A stretch of 63,062 nt of DNA, counting the filler, from Reticulomyxa filosa (taxonomy: Eukaryota > Protista > Foraminifera): the NCBI GenBank assembly GCA_000512085.1. It is 25 parts of 25 records of this genome, joined end to end, with 100 filler letters (N's around TTAATTAATTAA, not from the genome) between each part and the next. Parts side by side here need not be neighbours in the genome. Positions count along the whole stretch, not along the records: positions 1 to 1,211 come from ASPP01000622.1; positions 1,312 to 2,778 come from ASPP01047275.1; positions 2,879 to 4,765 come from ASPP01003293.1; positions 4,866 to 6,463 come from ASPP01016995.1; positions 6,564 to 7,711 come from ASPP01009139.1; positions 7,812 to 8,832 come from ASPP01033290.1; positions 8,933 to 11,489 come from ASPP01018305.1; positions 11,590 to 20,266 come from ASPP01008349.1; 17 more parts are not named here. One strand, given 5' to 3'. Below the pieces are notes generated by a model. That model ran no database searches. It was not told where the DNA came from and saw only the letters and a list, made by a program, of their open reading frames with translations. Below are positions 1 to 13,067 of the stretch, one piece after another. Both the position numbers and the translations under genes were made by a program. Within the stretch, counting starts at the first letter, position 1, and each line of letters begins with the position of its first letter.

Positions 1-117
1 TGTTTTTTTACGAAGTATTGTGTCAATTTTTTGACGAGGTGCCTCTTTTTTTAACTTGGAAAGTAATATCTTGGCTTTCTAGCTATCATCTAAAAAAAAA
101 AATATGCGAGCAGATCC

Positions 118-1211
118 ATGATCAACAGTCTATTAGTATTCCAGAACATCAACAGATTTTATTCCAAGGCACAAATATTAGAACAAAATTTGCATCAGAA
201 GCAGCCCCATATATGTTTATTGCAAGAAGGATTCAGATCAAAGAAGAAGGATATCGATTATAATTTCCATCTATATGTTCATCACTGGAGTGAAACAGGT
301 AGATCTGGAGTATTATGTCGAAGAGATTTGCATTCCATTTCACGCCTGATACATTCAATGTATTTGGTTGTGAATCGTGTTGGGTGGAAATCTCATGTCC
401 TGATCAAAAAAAAGCCATTGTTATTCTGCAATTTCTATCGAAGCTTGCAGTGTAATCAATTTAACATACAAGCATTCGAGAAAGAATTACAATTTGTTCA
501 GAAAATAACAAAACATTGGAGAAGATTGGAATGCACATCATCCTGACGATGCGGGTTACACATTCATGAAGACAATGCGACATCAAGATTGATATTACAT
601 TATGTCATCTTCTATTCTTCCATTTGTTAGCAATTGGAGAACAGATGATATTGAATTGGATGTCAATCAGATATCTCCAATCACGTTCAATATCAAAACC
701 ACAAATTGAACGACAAAAGATTGAGACTTGGAATCTGAGGAGCAACAGATGGAAGTCTATTACGGATATGTATTATTCCAGCATTGGTGAATAAAGAAAC
801 AAATTCAGTGGCAAGGTCTGATTCTGATAAAGCTTATCTTTTGGCAAAGACATTTGCATAGCCACCTCAGCCTCCAAAAGATGTTGATGAAAGCATTAGA
901 AATGGTTGAAAATGAAATTAAGTTTAAAGTGGCAATATACAATTATGTTTGTTCATTTGATATCCATCAAAGTAATATCACAAGAGAGGAAGTTATTGAG
1001 GCATTTGTCCCCGTACAAGGCTCAAGGTCCTGATAACATTCATAATCAAATGCTAAAGAATGAATGGAGTTTCCGAATGGGATATGCCTATGCCTATGCA
1101 TGGAAAAAGGCAAACATTATGACTATTCCTAAGCCTGACAGAGATTATAGTGCAAGAATCAGCTGATTGCTTGTTATCAAGTGTTGGTAAATTGATGGAA
1201 CGAATTATCAG
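118..1211 (+). mobile_element. Decayed non-LTR retrotransposon ORF2 (APE endonuclease + start of reverse transcriptase)
   Basis: APE-type start 'VFQNIN...QPHICLLQE'. RT-proximal motifs follow: 'KAQGPDNIHNQMLK', 'WKKANIMTIPKPDRD' and, out of frame at ~1170-1210, 'LLSSVGKLMERII'. Many stops and frameshifts. Confidence 0.85.
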
Positions 1212-1310
1212 NNNNNNNNNNNNNNNNNNNNNNNNNNNNNNNNNNNNNNNNNNNNTTAATTAATTAANNNNNNNNNNNNNNNNNNNNNNNNNNNNNNNNN
1301 NNNNNNNNNN
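1212..1310. other. Artificial contig spacer (N-run + TTAATTAATTAA + N-run); first of 24
   Basis: The same ~100-nt spacer, with stops in all six frames, recurs at about 2779, 4766, 6464, 7712, 8833, 11490, 20267, 21737, 24298, 26727, 29842, 31605, 33973, 35445, 36864, 38082, 41441, 43013, 48746, 52816, 59184, 60324 and 61648. Confidence 0.98.
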
Positions 1311-1394
1311 NAAAAAAAAAATATATATACACATATATATATAAATATATGTATATATATGATTACATCCATTCAAAAAAAAAAAAAAAAAAAA

Positions 1395-2745
1395 CTGTGC
1401 TCAAAATTTTCTCTGATTTGGCATATTTGTTCCACTTGTTCATGAAATTGTTCCTGGAACGGCCTTCGGTGGTGTCATTGCGCAGAATGCTTCGCTTGAC
1501 TTCGCCAAAGATGACATCTTCGACGAGAGCGCTTTCGGACGTGAACAAGACGCGTTGCGAGGAGGAAGCGGACAGAGACGAGGTGAGAACGGAGCGTTTG
1601 TCGACGACGTTGGAGGTGGTCATGCCGACTTTGCGGATGATCTGCGACTCGGGAACAATGACAGCCCGACGATCATTCGGCTCCGAATTTCTGCTGCCTC
1701 CAGAACTGGACAACACAAAGTACTGCTTCCCATTCACCGTGCCGTTGTGGTCGCCTTCGCCCTCGAGCAGTTCCACACCATAGTGTTTGCTCGGAGCAAA
1801 GTCGACCTCGCCAATCCAAACCACAATTCCAACGCGATTGCGCGTCAAACGCACCTTATCGCCAATATGAAAATCTCGTGCCTATTGAATAATCATAATT
1901 ATACGTATACGTACACATATACATATATATATATATATTATATTTATAAAACTGATTGAATTTGCTTTTGGAGCAAAGATCGATGAAACCTCATCGAAAA
2001 ATCTTCTCTTTGAGCAGTGGTCTTGGACTGCTTCAATAGGTTGAGACGCAGTTGAATGGCGTCGTTGATGGCATTGACATGGAGGCCCTTGTACACGCGG
2101 TCCTCTTTGCGGTCTTTGTATGTGATGTGAATGGTCTCGTGGTCGGTCAAGTAGCACGTCTTCACGTTTTCCCACGAGTGAAATGACGTCACCGTCTCGA
2201 CGCCATTCCGATTTTTTTCCACATTTTCCATCCCGTTCCGGGTCAGTCTCAATATCCGCTCTTGCTTGCGTCCAAACAGTCCCGTCTTTATTACCTCTGA
2301 TTTGCCATCACCGCATATATATACATATATATATATATATATGTACATATATTTTCTTTTTTTGAAAAAAAATAAACATAATTAACACCAAACGGAATTG
2401 TTCATTTTGCAGCATTTTGAAGCTCTCTTCGGCATGCTTTAAGGCTTGGCCATTTTGTTCTTGGAACCAAAAAAAAAAAAAAAAAAAAAAAAGGGGGTTA
2501 TATATATATACATATATACATATACATATAAATGTATATGAGACAAAATCTGTTGGCATGTGTTGAGACTTGGCTATGTTTTGAAGAGGACAGTACCGTC
2601 ATTGTCAACTTGCGTAACGGTGATCTGACTGAAAATGGAGAGGTTGTAGCGAACCACTTGGCCTCGGTTGCGAGGACGCGGGGCTACCGGAGAGGTCCCT
2701 TGCTGTTTCGAGTCCTCCTTGTCCGTATCGGAATCTTGTTTCGAT
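1395..2745 (-). CDS. CAP-Gly domain protein, multi-exon, partial at both ends
   Basis: 'GIVVWIGEVDFAPSKHYGVELLEGEGDHNGTVNGKQYF' is a CAP-Gly motif. Upstream exons (~1960-2315, ~2395-2465, ~2545-2745) are separated by (TA)n/polyA introns. Boundaries are approximate. Confidence 0.8.
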
Positions 2746-3239
2746 CAAATTAGTTGTTATTTGTTATGAGTAAAAAAANNNNNNNNNNNNNNNNNNNNNN
2801 NNNNNNNNNNNNNNNNNNNNNNTTAATTAATTAANNNNNNNNNNNNNNNNNNNNNNNNNNNNNNNNNNNNNNNNNNNNCAAATGCTGTCTTATGACGGAT
2901 ATTTTCAAAATACGAAGCTTGTCCAGTCTTGCTGTCCTTATGATGATGAGGAGAAGGACACATTGGCGTTGGATAATGGCCGTTCTTGGAAATGTTTGCA
3001 TCCATCGCCATGCATCCATTCAATAATATTTGGATGAATGATATGATGGAGTACAATTCCTATTTCTTTCTTCATTGGTTGACGTATTTGTTCTTGCGTT
3101 CTTGAATACCAGGTTCAACGGTTTTTGAGCACACTACGCGATTCACAATTTAAAACCGCTTCGATTCAAATCCACTCAAATTGGGACCTGCACTTCATTG
3201 TCCTCCAATCGTTGTGATAACGCAACGAATACAAAGTAT

Positions 3240-4560
3240 TGCGTCGCATCCAACACGCCGTCTGTGGTTCACAGTTGATATGGAGGCCATCACCGCAAGA
3301 GTATAGTGCCTTGCGTCTGCCGATCATCTTTGCCGAACTGAGCCAGTCCTCTCTCTATCTCTATCTTTTCACAATCATTAGTGATTATGCCATTTCTCCC
3401 ATTAGCGGCACACGGACGACTAGTGCAAAGCCAATGTTGCGAATGTGCGCACGCTCACGGCAGTCAGTTTCGACATTAGTAGTTTGCGCTATTGTTATAG
3501 CAATCGCGCTTTCCTTGCTCGTCGGAACATTTAAATCCCATATCGACTATCTCTTTGCGGATGATTGTTGGCTTGGCCCAGCGCCAGAAACTTGAATGTA
3601 CCTATGATGGCCAAGTCATTTTCACATACTTATTCATTTTTTTTTATTGGAGCGTTCTATTGGAAGGTAGTGAATGCCTGGAAACACGAATTTTCTACTC
3701 GTTGGCGTGAAGGTGCAGTGCATAACTATAATATGTAAAAATGGAGATATTTTTTTTTTTTAACATTTCCAACGCGATATTGTTTCGATTTTCTCTTCAT
3801 CCTTCTATTCATCTTCATATTCCACTTCTTGCTTGTCAATGTGTTCACGGAATTTCGCACAACCCCTCTACCAAGTTAAGCCACTCGCACATTGAACATT
3901 ATCCCAATGTAGTGGTTTTCTCACTTGCCGTAAGTAAGTGTTTACTAACAACTTACACGTTCTTTTTCGACGACTTCCACTTCTCTTCTGTCGCCGTTAC
4001 GACACCATCTTTTCTACTTGCGCGTATACCACATCATTCTTTTTTCTTCTTGGTGACCTTTCTTTCGTCGTCTGGCACCAAGATCTAACTTTCCGGGACT
4101 TGTCTGGACAAATATTGTCTACTGTTCCACGAGATCTGATAGACTTGCACTTGGAAAAATCGTCTCCATTTTGATAAGAGACACACTTTGCGAGACATTT
4201 CCAGCATATCCAATATTTCTATTTGAGATTTGATTAGTGATAGAATATCATTTTTATAAATTTTTTTCATTATTGGGTGCATTCGTTGGTTAAGGTTCCT
4301 CCCATTGATATACCCACAATCTAACATCCAAAGTTGCGAACGTGCGTATGCACACAACCAGTTTCAATACGAGTTTCCGGTATACGCGTTCGATTGTTGT
4401 AATGAATTGATCGAGTTAGAGTAATTTTCATAATAGCCAAGTTTCAAGTCGCTGGCGCTGTAGACAATTACGAAGCCCTTTTTGGTGCTTTACCAAGCCA
4501 ACAATTTTCTGGCTACTTGTGCGCACATACGCTGATAGCGAACAACTTCTTTGCAATTGT
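3240..4560 (-). repeat. Diverged ~0.9 kb tandem repeat family, array 1 (reverse orientation)
   Basis: The reverse complement carries the anchors 'gtgcgcacattcgcaac' (~3440 and ~4340), 'gaggggttgtgcgaaattccgtgaacac' (~3850) and 'gaaaattgttggcttggtaaagcacc' (~4490), shared with arrays 2 and 3. Confidence 0.8.
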
Positions 4561-5149
4561 TCGGATGAACACTTTCTTTCTACCAACTACGCGATCCACT
4601 TTCTGTCGTCGCCCTTGTTATGAGAGTTACTTTGGCCTTGTCGAACGAACTCGAGAATTCCAATTCATCCAACTTTTGAATTTGCCATTGACGATTGATG
4701 GCGCCATTCTTATTTTTTGGGAGTCTTCGTTGATCAATGCTCCCAATCATCAAAACATTTATTATNNNNNNNNNNNNNNNNNNNNNNNNNNNNNNNNNNN
4801 NNNNNNNNNTTAATTAATTAANNNNNNNNNNNNNNNNNNNNNNNNNNNNNNNNNNNNNNNNNNNNAAAAAAGAAAGAATGAGAAAATAAAAAAAAACGAA
4901 AAACAATTTTGGAAAATGAAAAATAATTAAAAAAATAACAAAAAATGACAATTGTGAAAAAATGGAAAAAATAAAATTAAAAATGGGAAAAAATAAAATT
5001 AAAAAGAGAAAAAGAAAAAAAATAGAAAAAGATTAATAAAAAAGAGAAAAAAGAAAAAGGGGAAAATGGGATGAAAGAAGAAGAATAAAAAAAGAATGAT
5101 AAGAAAAAGAGAAAAAGAAGAAGCAACAACAGCAACAACAATAGCAACA

Positions 5150-6463
5150 ACATCGGTTTGAGTGTGCACATGCACAACTTTGGGCGAAGATATCGAGTGA
5201 AGACAAACAAGGAAATTCGATCGTTGTGGAAATTTGCTCAAATTTTATGGACTTGAAAGAGCAATCGAGGATAAGAGACTGGTCTCTCAGATCGTGTACG
5301 TGCGCATATACGCAAGTTGGATTTTTAGTCATTAGTATGTTGATGTTATGAATCGTGTGCATTGCGTTTGTCGGACAAGCGCTGATTATTTTTGTACTGA
5401 ACCTTGGCGCCACCAGACTAAGCTCGTCAAGAAGAAGAAAAAAAGACATAGTGGCATATCAAAGTGGAAACAACATCAACATTGTGGTATCGCAACGGCG
5501 GCAGCGAAAAGGTGAAAGCGAATAAGAAAAGAGAGCAGAAGTTGTTAGGAAATACTCATGGCGATCGAGCAAACCACTATATCAGTAGAATCGTTTATGT
5601 GAAAGTGGCTTAGTTTGGTGGATGGGTTGTGCGAACTAAATCAAGACACCAGCAAGCGAGTAAGATGATTACGGTGAAGAGAATAAAGAGAATACTGAAG
5701 CCACATCACGTTTGATTTGTTTTTTTAAAAAAAACAGTTGGCAGGTTTTGCTGAGTTGCGCGTTTCCAGAGATGAATAGTAAGTCCACGCCCGCAAGTGG
5801 TGACTTTGGTTATTGAATAACTTTCAATAGATCGCCCATATGGAAAATGCAGAACTAGTATAGCAAACCGAAGCATTTAAAAAACTTGATCGCCATCAAC
5901 GTAGGCGTACAAAAGTATCTGCAAATAATTGTTGGTTTGATACAGCACCAAAGACAAACTGCGATTTACAGGCCAAAAACAAGTGAAACTCGGTCGTTAT
6001 GGAAATGTCGCCAATTTTATCAACACGAAAAACAATAGAAACTTGTCGTGTGTGCTCACATTCGCAACTTGGGATTTTGAATTGCATGTATGCTAGTGGT
6101 AGAAATCGCTAGCAACGAATACCTCCAAGAATGAAAAAAATGGTACTCCGTCACTCATTAGATGGTCAATCGAAACGTTGGATGTACTGTGGATAATCGT
6201 GCAAAGCGTGTCTCTCATTACAATGGCGATGATGGTTTTTAACTAAGAAGTCCGTCTGCTCTCGTGAAACAGTTGGACAAGGACAATCCGAACATTGGTG
6301 CCTCCAAATGACGAAAGCAAGATTGCCAAGAAGAAGAAAAAACGTAGTTATCTCGCGCAAAGTGGTGGAGGAGTTGTACGGAACTACGTCAAAACACCGG
6401 CAAGCAAGAAGAGGAAGATGAAGAGAAGAAAGAGAATCCCGAAGCCACATTGTGTTGTTATTA
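5150..6463 (+). repeat. Diverged ~0.75 kb tandem repeat family, array 2
   Basis: Anchors recur ~750 nt apart: 'gtgcgcatatacgcaagttgg' ~5300 / 'gtgctcacattcgcaacttgg' ~6052, and 'gggttgtgcgaactaaatcaagacacc' ~5624 / 'gagttgtacggaactacgtcaaaacacc' ~6371. Confidence 0.8.
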
Positions 6464-6599
6464 NNNNNNNNNNNNNNNNNNNNNNNNNNNNNNNNNNNNN
6501 NNNNNNNTTAATTAATTAANNNNNNNNNNNNNNNNNNNNNNNNNNNNNNNNNNNNNNNNNNNNAAAAAAAAAAAAAGAGTATATTCAAAAAAAAATTTC

Positions 6600-7612
6600 T
6601 TTTTGTTTGTAACCTCACAATGGACAATAATCTCCACAAACAACTGGCCAAACATCCATATTGATTCATCACATTGACTCGCTGCTGAGTCAAGTAATGG
6701 AGTTCCATTGTATCTGAGGCAGGCAGCAATTTTCAAAAAATGCGAGCAATCCTCGACACGGCGTAGAAACAGCGTCCGAGTTGGGACGCGGTTCAAATGG
6801 ATATGTCAAACTGTTACAAATAGATTGAAATTTTTCCACTTCAAACGTGCATTCGTCATCAGCATAAAACTGTTGTTGAGAAAGAAGCTGTTGTTCGTAG
6901 TGATCGTCATCATCCGAGGCATGATCATGGCCAGTGTTGTAACTCATGCCGACACTGGATAACCATTTCAATTCGAAGCAAATGCCCTCGTTTTCTTGAG
7001 TGTCTGTGGCAGAATACCGTCTTTGCAATGTTGGAACTTTGTTAATTGGGGGTTGAATCAACTCTTCGTCTTCTTTGTTGGAATTCTTATCTTTGGATAA
7101 CCGTGGTAAGATTGAGTCATCGTTTTCATTGACAATAGATTTGTGTTACTTCGCTGTCTTTTCTCTCTGTCGCTGGACATGCGTAACGCATCATTCACAG
7201 ACAACCCTCGTTGTAATACTGGCAAATTATGTTCTTTCGATTTCTTCCCTTTGGGACCTTTGACATTAGGTAGGACTGCATGCAACAAAGGTCCATACAC
7301 ACCCCCTAATTCGTTCATTATTGCACTTTGATCTGACACATCCAATTTTGTCGCTGAGAGCAAATGAGGCTCACGAAAGTGAATTGTTTTCTGCTCTTCA
7401 CTTGGCAGTGCGTGATTGGTAAATTGATAGGATACTATTTTCAGTAGTTGTAGTATGTCTTTTTGGATACACTCTTCGTCCATTTCATTTTTCGATACTT
7501 TATTCATTGTTTCCAATATATGTTGCAAAATTACCAATGGCCCGTCTTCATCTACCTCATCATCACCATTCGAAAATGCCTTCGTCATATTCGTGCCATA
7601 TGACTCCATCAT
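6600..7612 (-). CDS. Hypothetical protein exon(s), partial, with an apparent 1-nt frameshift near 7145
   Basis: ORF 7058-7612 and ORF 6690-7061 join if one A is added in an AAA run near 7145, giving '...SNTKSIVNENDDSILPRLSKDKNSNKEDEELIQPP...'. No domain recognised. Confidence 0.55.
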
Positions 7613-7669
7613 TCATGCGTCGTCATGGTTTTTTTTCCCCCAACAAAACACAAGTTTAACACTGATCCA

Positions 7670-7703
<34 letters not shown>

Positions 7704-10194
7704 CTTTTTTTNNNNNNNNNNNNNNNNNNNNNNNNNNNNNNNNNNNNNNNNNNNNTTAATTAATTAANNNNNNNNNNNNNNNNNNNNNNNNNNNNNNNNN
7801 NNNNNNNNNNNGACGATACATAACATTATATATGAAGATATTTTGTGTATACGCAGATTTCATTGATATCGTTTTAACATATGATGATAACGATTATGCG
7901 AGTGAATTATTGGATCGATTAAATCAAACTATCTCCACAAACAACACTATTATCTCTTGTCTTTTGTAAATTATCTCCTGTTTAAAGTACTTTCGTTTTG
8001 CTGAAAAAACTCATTTCCGGAACAAAGTTCCTTTCGCACTTGTTGTCCCTGCACTAGCTACGTATATCGTGAGCCATAATAATTCGCAAAAACATTTTAT
8101 TTTTATCTGATTTTGTAGATTTTAAAGAACCGTCATCTTCAATATGTCGGAAATGATTGATATATCGAATCCAACTGCTATTTTCATAATCTAAACAAAG
8201 ATGCAATGTTCAGCATATTATTTTTAATATTTTTTATGCACAAAACGGGGTCTATGGACTGAGACTGTCACTAGCTTTGTGCACTTGTTTTAGGGATTCT
8301 TATTTTTGAATCTCTGGATACTTGTGAAAATAAATTTAAACAATTTTTAATTTTACTGGATACATTGGACTTGTTTTATAATTTGAGATGGTAGTTTATC
8401 ACATTTTTCATTGCAAGCATTTTTATCAAAGTCAAATATATATAGCTTCATAAACACTTAAACGTTTCCATATATTTACATTTGGAACAAACAAAAATGC
8501 TATTTTTTGTTCAACAAGACTTTTCCCCCTGCACCCCTTTTGGTGAGTTTTAGTTTTGTTTTTAGTTTGGTGTTCCGTTGTCTTATTTTGTTGCTTATTA
8601 TACCATTTCATTGTACTTTTTTTTTTTTTAAAGAAAAAGAAGAAAGCACTTCAATGAATAAAATTTTGTTGCTATTTAGCGTTGTAACCAGTTAAGTTGC
8701 AAGAATTTTTATGTGTTTTTTGTTTTTGTATGCACGCAATTTTTTTTGAGTTTTACTAGATATTAAAAAAATTTTTTTGGTGACAATGGTGTTGGGAAAA
8801 AAAAATATAGCTTTCACATAAAAATAGTTGTTNNNNNNNNNNNNNNNNNNNNNNNNNNNNNNNNNNNNNNNNNNNNTTAATTAATTAANNNNNNNNNNNN
8901 NNNNNNNNNNNNNNNNNNNNNNNNNNNNNNNNGAAAAAATTGAAAATTGATTTATTTTACTTTGATTTGTATTTATTTATCGTTTTTGATTGTTTTTTAT
9001 TATTTTTTTTCGACAGTGTTCTCAAAGGGATAAAAAACTAGCTGATTGAATAACTTAATGTCATTATAGAAAAAAAAAACGGAATGACTTGCGTTTTTGA
9101 ACAGTCTAAAATGCGTTGAGCAACATATCACACGTTGAATTTTAGAAAACGCATGAACGTTCGGATGAAAAAACTTTGACCAAAAAATGTGCGACTTTTT
9201 AGACAATTGTAGCTTTGAAAATCACTTGGCAAAGACTATGCGTTCCCTTTCTCAAGAGACGCTTCGCCCTCCAGTGAATTGGAAGAAAAAAGTTGGGGAC
9301 GGTGATTTTTACGTCCAACGGCACGTATGACGCGGATAAAAATTATATAAGAACAACAGCGGCGTATCATGACCGAAAAATATGTGTGTTGACTGTGAGA
9401 GAGCGATTTGTGGACAGAGCTAGAGGTTTGCAAAATTAAGCATGACCTCGCTGTATGCCTCATTTGTCTTGTTGACTTAAAAAAAAATGTAGTGATTGAA
9501 CGCAACTTGAAAAGGAGGGGAGATATGCCATTTTAGTAATAAAAAAAGTTATGCATCATGTTTTGAATTGTAAGAAAAATTTGTTAATCATAAATATTTT
9601 TGCTTGTATTTATATTCGTTACATTTTTAAAATAAGTTAGTTACGTATTCACAAATAGGTTTTTAACCTCCAAAAGATGGAGTCACTTCATAATTTCATG
9701 ACAAGCCTTGTGAATATGCTTACTTTGAATTTTTTAAAAATTTCTCCTCCGATTTCTTGTGTCATGTGAAATCAATCACAGAAAGTTTCAGCTGTGTGAA
9801 TGTGGTGTAATTGATAATGATCGGTGAAGATTGCGAATATTTAATACTAATTCAAGAACAACAAAGAATCTAATAGCAACAGCAACCAAAAAAAAATGTC
9901 AAAACTCTTTCAACAATGCGAGTCGAAGCAAATGGTACAATTAATACGTCAAATGTCACAGCGTCAAACATGTACACAAAAATTTTAAAAAGAAAAAGGA
10001 TAAGGAAAAAAAAAAGGAAGAATTTTTGCATTAGTCATAAATGGTCAAAATGTTGACAACGATCAAAAACTTCGAATTGTATTCGATATTAATCCTGTCC
10101 GCCTTTTCATTCATTTCACAGACAGTTTTGTATTTTTTAAAAAGATATATATATATATATATATTTTTAAATAATTGAATTGTAAACACCAGGT

Positions 10195-11135
10195 GACTGT
10201 GATATTAAAGTCGCACACGCTTTAGCTGGTTAGGAAATGCATACAATAAGAAAGGAGAATACAACAAATCAATTGAATATCATGAAAAGGCATTACATAT
10301 TCAATTAAAGAAATTTGGTGAAAAACATGCATTTCTTGCAAGACCAGAATTAATTGGGACTGATGTGGATAAAAGGAAAACAACAAATGAGCAAAGCTAA
10401 AGAATATGTTGATACATCTTTGGAAATTTTGATGAATGATAAGCGTAATAACTTTGATTTAGATCTTGCAAGATCTTATAATGTGTTGGGATTGATATTG
10501 GAAAAGAACGGAACAAATGAAGAAGCAATCCAATATTTCGAAAAGTCATTGGAAATTAAGTTTAGAAAATTGAATGATGATCATCCTTATATTGGTTGGT
10601 CTTTTCATTATTTGGCAAGTGCATTTAAAAATAAGAATGAATTGAATAAATCAATTGAATTTGAAGAAAAAGGCATTGAAATTGAGATTGAATAAATTAG
10701 ACTGCAATCATCCACACATTGGTGAATCTTATGTTCTTTTAGGAGATACTCATTTTGCAAAGGGAGATACAAATAAATTAAAGGAACGTTATGAAAATGC
10801 AAGCAAGATTTTTAATCAAAGATTTAGTGAACAATATCACAAAACACAGAATGTGAAATTAACATTGGAAAAGATCAATGAAGTTTGATTGTTTGTTGTT
10901 TAATTGTCTTTAATTATATAAATAATAATAAAAAAAAAGAAGGAAAAAGGCATGAAATGGTGGACGAAAGAAATGAAAATGACAAAGCTGAAATTATTGA
11001 AAAATTTGAAGGATTAACACGAAATGATTTTAGAACATGGTTGTCGAATCAGAATACATGGAGAAATGATTTAAAGAATGAAGCTATTTCTGCAATTCGT
11101 GGTGCTATTGCATTATATATTGACCATCATTCAAT
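10195..11135 (+). pseudogene. TPR (kinesin-light-chain-like) repeat pseudogene
   Basis: TPR units 'GNAYNKKGEYNKSIEYHEKAL', 'LARSYNVLGLILEK...AIQYFEKSLEI' and 'HPHIGESYVLLGD', broken by frameshifts near 10230, 10350 and 10670. Confidence 0.8.
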
Positions 11136-11589
11136 CATGTTTTGTATTTTTAATAATTTTTGTTTTTTCATTTAATAGTCAACAAGACAATGTGTATTGA
11201 AATAGAATAATCAAGATCGTATTTTCTTTTATTTATTTTGTTGTAGATTTGTTTAGTTTTTGTACTTTTAAAAAAAAACAGAGACAATCTTCTACAACAC
11301 AAAATAATAAATAATTCAAATAAAATGACTATCTAACGTCTCTCATTTTGCTACCTTCGTGAAAAGAACGTCACTCCAACCGACTTGTACTCGTTCCCTT
11401 GTTTGACCCATGACAACAGCGTCATGGATAGCTTTACCAACATAGCCTTCAATCGAATGCGATATTTCAAAGCTGCTTTTGGAGCACAANNNNNNNNNNN
11501 NNNNNNNNNNNNNNNNNNNNNNNNNNNNNNNNNTTAATTAATTAANNNNNNNNNNNNNNNNNNNNNNNNNNNNNNNNNNNNNNNNNNNN

Positions 11590-11629
<40 letters not shown>

Positions 11630-13067
11630 AGGAACTCTTTGTGCATGCCAACCACTGGAAGAAGATCGATGAACCACAAGGTGCTGAACCCAAACCGGTA
11701 TGTATTTTGTTTTGTGTGGGCAAGTGTTTATAAATCTATTGGATTTGCAAATATATGTATAAGTGCATTTGTTGTGTGATTGCACATCATTGGGATGACA
11801 GGGTGATTGGGTGCAGCTGATGTGCATTGGCATGCAAGGCTCTCGTCCGACTCTATCTCGAAAAGCGGCAATGTTGAGTACTTCCGATGATCCAGATCAA
11901 AAAGCGCAACTCCAAATGATTTTGGCAAATCGTCCGAGTCGAGGCCGCTACACACCAGGCGGGACGTTTTTGCCAAAGGAGCCCGTTTCCAGTTGGAAAA
12001 CTATGGGTATCTTTTTTTCGTTTTCCTCACAATTGAGAAAGAGAGAGAGTATTTGTTGTTCATATACATATATACCACATATATAATTCATGTAATGTAA
12101 TTTAAATATCAATGAGGATAGTTACAGGAACCAACGTTACCACTCCCGGAAATGTAACTTCTTCGACAGTAAATGTGGGCAGTAGCAGTAGCAGTAGTGC
12201 AACGACTGGACGAAGCACCACTTCTTTCCCTTCCACTATTCTGACCACTTCTTCCAGTATTCCGACGACATCGCAGCTGATCGCTCGAGTGTCCAACAAG
12301 CTTGAATTGTACAACCACCAGAGGAAGTCAAACCAAGCCAAGACGACAAGTCGGCCAAATCGAAACAGGCGTCTCCAGGAGCAACGCAAAATTCCACTGA
12401 ACTTTTGGAAAGATTGGCAAAGAAAATTCAAGCATTCAATGACCAAGAAAAGACAAAAAAGCTTGCATCAGTTTCTGATGCAACTCCAACTTCGATTACT
12501 ACGGCTACTGCGACAACATCTACTCTACCCTCAACTCCACTCGCAACAGCTCCCGTGGCATCCCCCGTGGCATCCCCCGTGGCAACATTACCGACAATAA
12601 CGACAGCAGCAGCATCAACTCCAGTAGCATCTCCACCAATAGCCACACCGTCGACAACATCGGCAACGTCCCCACCAGTAACAATTGTATCGACATTTAC
12701 CTTGCCGTTACAAACACTGGACACACCAGCCAACGCAAACACAATTGCTCCGACTCACAATGCAACTCAGTCGATCACTGCAACAACTTTTACCACTACG
12801 ATTACATCAGGTGCGGAAGCTATGACAACATTGCAAACAAAAACGCCTGAACAAAGCGAAAGTGCCGGTGTAGTAACGCCTTTTGGATGGATGTCCACGC
12901 TAAAAAGACTCGATACTTTGCAAACCAAAAGAGACACTCTGCCCTCGAAAGAGTTTGTAAACGAAATTGAAGGTGATGACAATCTTCTAGAGCTTGAAGG
13001 CGAAAACAATGACCTTCAGTTGGATGAAGATAACGCCGCAGAGAATGCAAAAACATTATCTAAATAA
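11630..13067 (+). CDS. Ser/Thr/Pro-rich hypothetical protein, 3' part, about 3 exons; 1-nt frameshift near 12305
   Basis: GT-AG exons at ~11630-11697, ~11802-12006 and ~12118-13067. ORFs 12112 and 12405 merge by adding one A ('LEIVQPPEEVKPSQDDK...ELLERLA'). Confidence 0.65.

Noticed and set aside
1256-1267. Recurrent TTAATTAATTAA motif as a biological repeat or CRISPR-like array
   Set aside because: It is always centred in N-runs of fixed length, so it is an artificial six-frame-stop linker. ORFs ending in 'XXXLIN' are artefacts.
12295-12315. Programmed frameshifting or insertional RNA editing (single-base shifts near 7145, 12305, 44073 and 60620)
   Set aside because: Most shifts sit in short homopolymers, share no slippery motif, and one occurs in the bacterial contig too. 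Sequencing indel error is the simpler explanation, though reads or cDNA are needed to be sure.
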